DNA from: Nitrosococcus oceani ATCC 19707
Lineage (GTDB): Bacteria > Pseudomonadota > Gammaproteobacteria > Nitrosococcales > Nitrosococcaceae
Direction: 5' to 3'
NCBI RefSeq assembly: GCF_000012805.1
Contig: NC_007484.1
Coordinates: 3,030,001 to 3,062,000, forward strand
DNA length: 32,000 bases
The position numbers were made by a program, and so were the translations under genes. Below, piece by piece: positions 26,228 to 32,000 of this stretch (position 1 is the stretch's first letter; every line of letters starts with the position of its first letter). The notes under the pieces were generated by a model. It did no database searches and had not been told where the DNA came from. It saw only the letters and a list, made by a program, of their open reading frames with translations.

Positions 26228-27733
26228 ATGACGGCAAATTACATATTGTCTATTGATGCCGGCACTACCGGCATTACTGGTTTGATTTTTAATCGGGAAG
26301 GTCGTATTCAAGGCCGAGCCTATTCAGAATTTACCCAGCATTATCCTCAGCCAGGATGGGTAGAACACGACCCCAATGAAATCTGGTCCATCACCCAAAA
26401 GGTAATCGCCAGCGCCTTGCAGGAAGCTCATCTGGAAGCCCACAATCTGGCGGCAATCGGTATTACAAACCAACGAGAAACGGTAGTGATGTGGGACCGA
26501 AGCACGGGAGAGCCCGTAGCAAAAGCTATCGTCTGGCAGGATAGGCGTACCGCGCCGCTCTGTAAAGAACTCAAAGCGAAGGGTTTAGAACAAATTTTCC
26601 GGCATAAAACCGGGCTTGTCATCGATCCCTATTTCTCCGGCACCAAAGTCAAATGGCTCCTCGACCGGGTAGAGGGACTCAGACAACGGGCAGAAACCGG
26701 TGAGATCGCCTTTGGCACCATCGATTCCTGGCTTGTCTGGAAACTCACCGGGGGCAAAATCCATATTACCGATTACTCCAATGCCAGCCGGACGCTGCTC
26801 TATAACATCCACGACCTGCAATGGGATGAGGAAATCTTGCGCATACTCCATATTCCTCCCTCTCTATTGCCTGAAGTCAAACCCTCTGCCCATATCTATG
26901 GAGAAACCACGCCCCAAGCCTTTCTCAGCACCGGCGGTATTCCTATTGCCGGAATCGCGGGAGATCAACAAGCTGCCCTTTTCGGCCAGGCTTGCCACAA
27001 AAAAGGGCTGGCCAAAAACACCTATGGAACGGGTTCCTTCGTCCTGATGAATGCAGGGAAGGAGTCTATCTTAAGTCAGGAAAAGCTTCTGACCAGCATC
27101 GCTTGGGGGATCGGCGAGGAGCCTGTGGAATATGCCTTGGAAGGCGCTATTTTTATCACGGGAGCAGGCATTCAATGGTTGCGGGATGGCCTGGGAATCA
27201 TCGATGATGCCGCGGAAACAGAAGCCCTGGCCCGCTCCCTGAAATCCAACGAGGAAGTCTATTTTGTACCGGCCCTCGTTGGCCTGGGCGCGCCCCACTG
27301 GGATCCCTATGCCCGTGGCACCCTGCTGGGAATTACCCGCGGCACGACTAAAGCCCATCTGGTACGGGCGATGCTAGAAAGCATGGGCTACCAAACCCGG
27401 GACGTGGTCGAGGCCATGGAACGGGATTCGGGAATTTCATTAAAAGTACTACGCTGTGACGGGGGCGCCTCAGTCAATTCCTTTTTGATGCAATTTCAAG
27501 CGGATATCCTCGGTGTGCCAGTAGAGGTGCCGAAGATCACCGAAACTACTGCCTTGGGCGCGGCGTACTTGGCGGGACTGGCTACTGGCTTTTGGCGCAG
27601 CCCCAAGGAGTTGGCCGCCCAATGGCAGCTAGCCCACCGCTATGAGCCCACTATGCCTGAGTCCGAGCGTACCCGCTTATATCAGCAATGGCAAAGGGCC
27701 GTGGAACGGGCTAAAGGCTGGAGCCAGGAATAA
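26228..27733 (+). CDS. glpK: Glycerol kinase
   Basis: 501-aa ORF with the motifs [24 protein letters not shown] and [10 protein letters not shown]. Confidence 0.97.
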   Translation: MTANYILSIDAGTTGITGLIFNREGRIQGRAYSEFTQHYPQPGWVEHDPNEIWSITQKVIASALQEAHLEAHNLAAIGITNQRETVVMWDRSTGEPVAKAIVWQDRRTAPLCKELKAKGLEQIFRHKTGLVIDPYFSGTKVKWLLDRVEGLRQRAETGEIAFGTIDSWLVWKLTGGKIHITDYSNASRTLLYNIHDLQWDEEILRILHIPPSLLPEVKPSAHIYGETTPQAFLSTGGIPIAGIAGDQQAALFGQACHKKGLAKNTYGTGSFVLMNAGKESILSQEKLLTSIAWGIGEEPVEYALEGAIFITGAGIQWLRDGLGIIDDAAETEALARSLKSNEEVYFVPALVGLGAPHWDPYARGTLLGITRGTTKAHLVRAMLESMGYQTRDVVEAMERDSGISLKVLRCDGGASVNSFLMQFQADILGVPVEVPKITETTALGAAYLAGLATGFWRSPKELAAQWQLAHRYEPTMPESERTRLYQQWQRAVERAKGWSQE

Positions 27734-27750
27734 AGAGTAGCTTGATACCC

Positions 27751-29358
27751 ATGAAACTACGAGAACGCCATCTGGAAAAACTGTCCCAGGCCACTTACGA
27801 TGCCTTGATTATCGGTGGCGGGATTAATGGCGCAACCTCCGCCGCTGCCCTCGCCGGTAGAGGGGCTAAAGTCGCCTTAATTGACAAGGGGGATTTTGCG
27901 GGCTTTACCAGCCAGCACTCTTCTAATCTCATTTGGGGTGGAATTAAATATTTAGAAACTTACGATTTCCGATTGGTATGGGAACTGTGCCAGTCTCGAA
28001 ATAAGTTAATGAAGTATTATCCTTCTACTGTTAAAGAGATTCGTTTCCTTGCCACGATTCCTGAACACTTTAGATATCCCCGTTTACTCCCGTGGCTAGG
28101 AGCCTGGCTCTATTGGTTCATGGGCAAGGGATTTACCCAACCACCCCGCCTCCTATCGCAACAGGATATCAAAAAAGAAGAAAGCATTATCGATGGGGAA
28201 AGGAGCCAGGGTGGATTTGAATATTCCGATGCTTATTTATATGACAACGATGCTCGCTTCGTCTTCAATTTTATCCGCTCCGCTTTAAACTGTGGCGGTA
28301 TCGCGGCCAATTATGTGGAATCCCTCGGCGCTAAAAGCGATGCTAATAAGATATGGAGAACCCAGGCCAGGGATCAAATTAGCGGTAAAGAATTCGAAAT
28401 CAAATCTAAGGTTTTGATCAATGCCACCGGTCCCTTTGTGGATCAACATAATCATCTGACTGGCCAAAAAACCCCTCACCAGCATGTCTTTTCCAAGGGA
28501 GTACACCTAATCGTCGATCAACTCACGCCTCACCATCGAGTGCTGGCCTTTTTTGCCAGTGACGGGCGTTTATTTTTTGCCATTCCCATGGGAGCAAGAA
28601 CATGTATCGGAACCACCGACACCCACGTAGAAGCGCCTACGACTACCGTCGCAACCGAAGACCGTCAATTTATTCTGGATAATATCAATAGGCTACTCGC
28701 CCTTAAAAAGCCCTTGCAAGTAGAAGATATCATCGCCGAGCGTTGTGGAGTCAGACCCCTCGTAGTTGCAACAGGCGCTTCTGGGAAAAAGGATTGGCTG
28801 GAGCTTTCCCGAAAACATGAAATTGACGCCAATAGAGACACCGCCCATCTCAGCATATTTGGGGGAAAACTAACGGATTGCCTCAATGTGGGGGAGGAGG
28901 TTTGCGGGTTAATACAAACCCTAGGAATATCTCTCCCTCATCCTCAACACGCTTGTTTTGGCGAGCCACCAGAGGCAGTAAAAAAAGCATTTCTGCAGCA
29001 GGCCGAAGCCATCGGCTTAGATAACTATACTTCACTAGAGACGGCAGAAAAATTGACCTGCCGCCTGTGGCGCAGGTATGGATCGGAAGCTATCCGCTTG
29101 TTAGCAAATATCCAAGCCGATCCTAAGCAGGCCGAGGTGCTCATTAAGGGAGCGGAATATCTCCGCTGTGAACTGCAGCTAGCAGCGCGAAATGAAATGA
29201 TTGTCAAACTAGACGATTTTCTGCGTCGGCGCTCCAAAATTGCATTGATGGTGCGGCGGCAAAATCTTAAAAGATCAGCAGGGCTGAAGGAAGCCTGTAA
29301 AATTCTATTTGGCAAACAAGCCGAGGAAAAATTGGCTGAATATTTTCAGGAGAATTGA
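27751..29358 (+). CDS. glpD: FAD-dependent glycerol-3-phosphate dehydrogenase
   Basis: It has the FAD motif IIGGGINGA, follows glpK and is GlpD-length. The track ORF starts at TTG 27742; ATG 27751 is used here and either start is possible. Confidence 0.9.
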   Translation: MKLRERHLEKLSQATYDALIIGGGINGATSAAALAGRGAKVALIDKGDFAGFTSQHSSNLIWGGIKYLETYDFRLVWELCQSRNKLMKYYPSTVKEIRFLATIPEHFRYPRLLPWLGAWLYWFMGKGFTQPPRLLSQQDIKKEESIIDGERSQGGFEYSDAYLYDNDARFVFNFIRSALNCGGIAANYVESLGAKSDANKIWRTQARDQISGKEFEIKSKVLINATGPFVDQHNHLTGQKTPHQHVFSKGVHLIVDQLTPHHRVLAFFASDGRLFFAIPMGARTCIGTTDTHVEAPTTTVATEDRQFILDNINRLLALKKPLQVEDIIAERCGVRPLVVATGASGKKDWLELSRKHEIDANRDTAHLSIFGGKLTDCLNVGEEVCGLIQTLGISLPHPQHACFGEPPEAVKKAFLQQAEAIGLDNYTSLETAEKLTCRLWRRYGSEAIRLLANIQADPKQAEVLIKGAEYLRCELQLAARNEMIVKLDDFLRRRSKIALMVRRQNLKRSAGLKEACKILFGKQAEEKLAEYFQEN

Positions 29359-29437
29359 AGTTGCAATAAGCTTACAAAAAAATAATCTTATCCCTAAGAA
29401 AAGCCTTTTGAAAGTTTACCTTTTCTCTCCCCCCCCT

Positions 29438-29483
29438 GGTGTAAGCGATAAAGCTGCAACCATAAGGTTTTATCGCTTACACC
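29438..29483. repeat. Perfect 15-bp inverted repeat (hairpin) between convergent glpD and the first paralog
   Basis: GGTGTAAGCGATAAA - 16-nt loop - TTTATCGCTTACACC. It is preceded by a C8 run and has no U-tract. Confidence 0.6.
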
Positions 29484-29550
29484 GAAGGGTGGTTAATCGC
29501 TCTTTCTTAGCAAGTACGCAAATTTGTAATGACGCATCCTTTACTTTATA

Positions 29551-30060
29551 TCAGGGAAACGCAGGAATGGTAGGCTCGGTTCCGCTAATTTCTGCTTCGG
29601 GATGGTGCTTTTTCACCAACTCATCAATCTCATCGACTCGGTCTTTAGGAACATCCACCATCATCAGAAGCTCTCCCCCTTTGATGGCTTCTTCAAACTG
29701 CTCAATCTGCGAATTGGTCCCACCCACGCCAATCATGGACGAAGCCCAACCCCCAATACCCGCACCCGCAAGGGCGGTAGCCAAGATAGCACCTCCCCCC
29801 AGTACCACGCCTGCTGGCGGAAAAGTAACCGCCGCTATTCCCGCCAAGGCGCCGGTAGCGCCTCCTACCGCAACCCCCCGTTCAAGGGATGGAATAAAAT
29901 CGCTTCTTTGTGCCAATCCCGCCTCTGGCAGATCCCCCATGGGCGTTCCTTCCTTAGCCACAATATAGATATGCCGCGCTTCCACCCGAGCCAATAACAG
30001 CTCTTTAACGATTTCTTCGGCACTTTTCACATCTGGTATTAGAAAATAAAGTCTTCTCAT
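29551..30060 (-). CDS. Glycine-rich (glycine-zipper) membrane protein, paralog 1 (DUF1269-like topology, uncertain)
   Basis: 169-aa ORF with an ATG start and GGGAGAAG upstream. It has a soluble N-domain, a central Gly/Ala-rich hydrophobic segment (VAVGGATGALAGIAAV...GGGAILATALAGAGIGGWA) and an acidic C-domain. Confidence 0.8.
   Translation of the reverse strand: MRRLYFLIPDVKSAEEIVKELLLARVEARHIYIVAKEGTPMGDLPEAGLAQRSDFIPSLERGVAVGGATGALAGIAAVTFPPAGVVLGGGAILATALAGAGIGGWASSMIGVGGTNSQIEQFEEAIKGGELLMMVDVPKDRVDEIDELVKKHHPEAEISGTEPTIPAFP
29564..30059. repeat. 496-bp perfect direct repeat, copy 1 (confined to the coding region)
   Basis: Identical by eye to 30351-30846. Identical translations in three frames in the ORF track corroborate this. 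Confidence 0.9.
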
Positions 30061-30337
30061 GTTCTTCTCCCTTCTTGCTACATCCGCAATCAGTAGATGA
30101 AGTAATTGCTTTGCTTTAAATTGATATGGTAAAAATCACTCTTAATTCCAAGCCTTATTTTCAGCTCCACCCAATTATCAGCACTTTCTAAAATCTCACT
30201 GAGTTTTATCTCATAAGTAAAATAGAGACTTTATATTTATTTCAGAAATTAGAGTATTCGTGTAGAAATACGTTCCCAACGTCGCGCTTATCCCTTCCAG
30301 CAGGCAATGCAATTTTCCAAAGTACAAAATTTCTCCT

Positions 30338-30847
30338 CTAGGGGAATGGCGGAATGGTAGGCTCGGTTCCGCTAATTTCTGCTTCGGGATGGTGCTTTTT
30401 CACCAACTCATCAATCTCATCGACTCGGTCTTTAGGAACATCCACCATCATCAGAAGCTCTCCCCCTTTGATGGCTTCTTCAAACTGCTCAATCTGCGAA
30501 TTGGTCCCACCCACGCCAATCATGGACGAAGCCCAACCCCCAATACCCGCACCCGCAAGGGCGGTAGCCAAGATAGCACCTCCCCCCAGTACCACGCCTG
30601 CTGGCGGAAAAGTAACCGCCGCTATTCCCGCCAAGGCGCCGGTAGCGCCTCCTACCGCAACCCCCCGTTCAAGGGATGGAATAAAATCGCTTCTTTGTGC
30701 CAATCCCGCCTCTGGCAGATCCCCCATGGGCGTTCCTTCCTTAGCCACAATATAGATATGCCGCGCTTCCACCCGAGCCAATAACAGCTCTTTAACGATT
30801 TCTTCGGCACTTTTCACATCTGGTATTAGAAAATAAAGTCTTCTCAC
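30338..30847 (-). CDS. Glycine-rich (glycine-zipper) membrane protein, paralog 2
   Basis: 169 aa and identical to paralog 1 except A167P. It has a GTG start with GAGAGGAAA/AAGG upstream, and its flanks differ from those of paralog 1. Confidence 0.8.
   Translation of the reverse strand: MRRLYFLIPDVKSAEEIVKELLLARVEARHIYIVAKEGTPMGDLPEAGLAQRSDFIPSLERGVAVGGATGALAGIAAVTFPPAGVVLGGGAILATALAGAGIGGWASSMIGVGGTNSQIEQFEEAIKGGELLMMVDVPKDRVDEIDELVKKHHPEAEISGTEPTIPPFP
30351..30846. repeat. 496-bp perfect direct repeat, copy 2
   Basis: Identical to 29564-30059, at an offset of 787 bp. Confidence 0.9.
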
Positions 30848-31064
30848 CTTTAGTTTCCTCTCTATCTTGTCTTCGTTACAAAAAATCTGATAACAGCTTT
30901 TTGGGAATTTGGCTCATTAGTCATACTGTATGCCCTTGTTCTCTTCCTTCTAAAGCAAACTTAGACTAATATCTGTCCTCTTTCCAATAGAAAGAACTCA
31001 TTTTTATGTTAATGCCTTGTTTAGAGTACAATATCTAGACTCAGCCTATCAGCCTCAGCCCTCT

Positions 31065-31910
31065 ATGAAGCTTAGCGTTAAAGAATTTAAAGCTTGGAAA
31101 AACAGACGCATTACCCTCCTAGGGATGTCCGGTGTAGGTAAAACGCGTCTGGCTTATATGCTACGCAAACATCATTGGTTTCACTATTCTGGAGATTACC
31201 GGGTAGGAACCCGCTATTTGGATGAGGCCATCCTGGACAACATTAAGCAGAAGGTCATGGGGATTCCCTTTCTCAGGGATTTGCTCTATTCCGACTCCAT
31301 CTACATTCGCAATAATATTAATGTTGATAACCTAAAGCCCGTGTCCAGTTTCCTGGGTAAGCTCGGTAATCCTGAACAGGGAGGACTAGGCTTAACAGAA
31401 TTCAAGCGCCGCCAGGAATTGCACCGGCAAGCGGAAATTGCAGCGATGAAAGATGTGCCGGTGTTTATTCGCAGGGCGCAACAAATCTATGATTACCCAC
31501 ATTTTGTCAACGATGCGGGCGGAAGTATTTCTGAGCTAGACGACCCAGAGGTGCTTCAAACCCTAGATCAACACACCCTCATCCTCTATATCAAGGCTAC
31601 ACAGAGAGATGAACGGAAACTTATCCAGCGAGCGGAAGAAGAGCCAAAACCCCTCTATTACCGTGAATCTTTCCTGGATGAACAGCTTGCCATCTATAGG
31701 GAAAAACACGACTTACCCTATGTGGCTTTGATTGAACCGGATGAGTTCGTCCGGTGGATATTCCCCCGTCTCTTTTACTCTCGGCTCCCCCGCTACCAGG
31801 CGATAGCCGATGAGTATGGGTACACAGTGTCCACCGATCAACTCGCTCAAGTTAATGACGAAACAGGTTTTCTGGAGTTACTGGAAACTGTAGTAGCAAA
31901 ACAACCTTAA
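31065..31910 (+). CDS. P-loop NTPase (kinase/ATPase-like), function unknown
   Basis: It has Walker A GMSGVGKT. The track ORF starts at TTG 31017; ATG 31065 is listed here. Neither start has a good RBS, so the start is uncertain. Confidence 0.6.
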   Translation: MKLSVKEFKAWKNRRITLLGMSGVGKTRLAYMLRKHHWFHYSGDYRVGTRYLDEAILDNIKQKVMGIPFLRDLLYSDSIYIRNNINVDNLKPVSSFLGKLGNPEQGGLGLTEFKRRQELHRQAEIAAMKDVPVFIRRAQQIYDYPHFVNDAGGSISELDDPEVLQTLDQHTLILYIKATQRDERKLIQRAEEEPKPLYYRESFLDEQLAIYREKHDLPYVALIEPDEFVRWIFPRLFYSRLPRYQAIADEYGYTVSTDQLAQVNDETGFLELLETVVAKQP

Positions 31911-31948
31911 AATTTTAATCATCACCTCAAAACACGGATAGATGATCC

Positions 31949-32000
31949 ATGCCTTTGGTTGCTAATTCTGATTTACCTGCTTTTGAACGGCTCAGGGAAG
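31949..32000 (+). CDS. metA: Homoserine O-acyltransferase (MetA family), 5' fragment truncated by the window end
   Basis: MPLVANSDLPAFERLRE resembles the E. coli MetA N-terminus MPIRVPDELPAVNFLREE, recalled from memory. Only 17 codons are visible. Confidence 0.55.
   Translation, partial: MPLVANSDLPAFERLRE

Noticed and set aside
29309-30784. Plus-strand ORFs lie opposite the two paralogs (29309-29968 at 219 aa, plus 29602-29997, 30354-30755 and 30389-30784).
   Set aside because: They are antisense shadows of the glycine/alanine-rich coding sequence (GGN/GCN codons). They are duplicated only because the DNA is duplicated. They have no RBS and no recognisable domains.

Overview
The window is about 50% GC and gammaproteobacterial. 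Its gene content (cytochrome P460 family, di-heme peroxidase, gene order) suggests a Nitrosococcus-like ammonia oxidiser, but that is inference only. All repeat, hairpin and GC statements were made by eye, with no searches or statistics.

The left third (1-11.5 kb) is ordinary core genome:
- exbD-msbA-lpxK plus a 59-aa Trm112/YcaR-like ORF that is missing from the ORF track
- the activated-methyl-cycle cluster metK-ahcY-metF, then gloA
- a convergent PAS-GGDEF-EAL gene
- flgA-flgM-flgN, with a near-consensus sigma-28 promoter in front of flgM

A tRNA-Ala(CGC) at 11560-11635 marks the start of a mosaic accessory stretch:
- an apparently intact TnpB-only IS200/IS605-family element (11.66-12.90 kb)
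- a visibly GC-richer type I restriction-modification operon, hsdM-hsdS-hsdR (12.95-19.58 kb)
- an SDR gene
- an AT-rich islet encoding a Cys-repeat secreted miniprotein and an AadA-like nucleotidyltransferase
- an ATP-grasp-like orphan gene
- a roughly 185-bp tnpB-less miniature copy of the same IS family, fused to the 3' end of a DUF3565-like ORF

The rest of the window holds a periplasmic redox cluster (CIA30-like, P460-family cytochrome, di-heme peroxidase) and glpK-glpD. It ends with two tandem 169-aa glycine-rich membrane-protein genes, a P-loop protein and the start of metA.

I did not find a clear, complete novel multi-gene system. The best leads are:
- the TnpB element and its miniature derivative, with the implied omega-RNA biology
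- the two tandem genes, whose coding regions share a sharply bounded 496-bp block of perfect identity, which suggests gene conversion
- the P460 versus cytochrome c'-beta identity question
- the uncharacterised AT-rich islet
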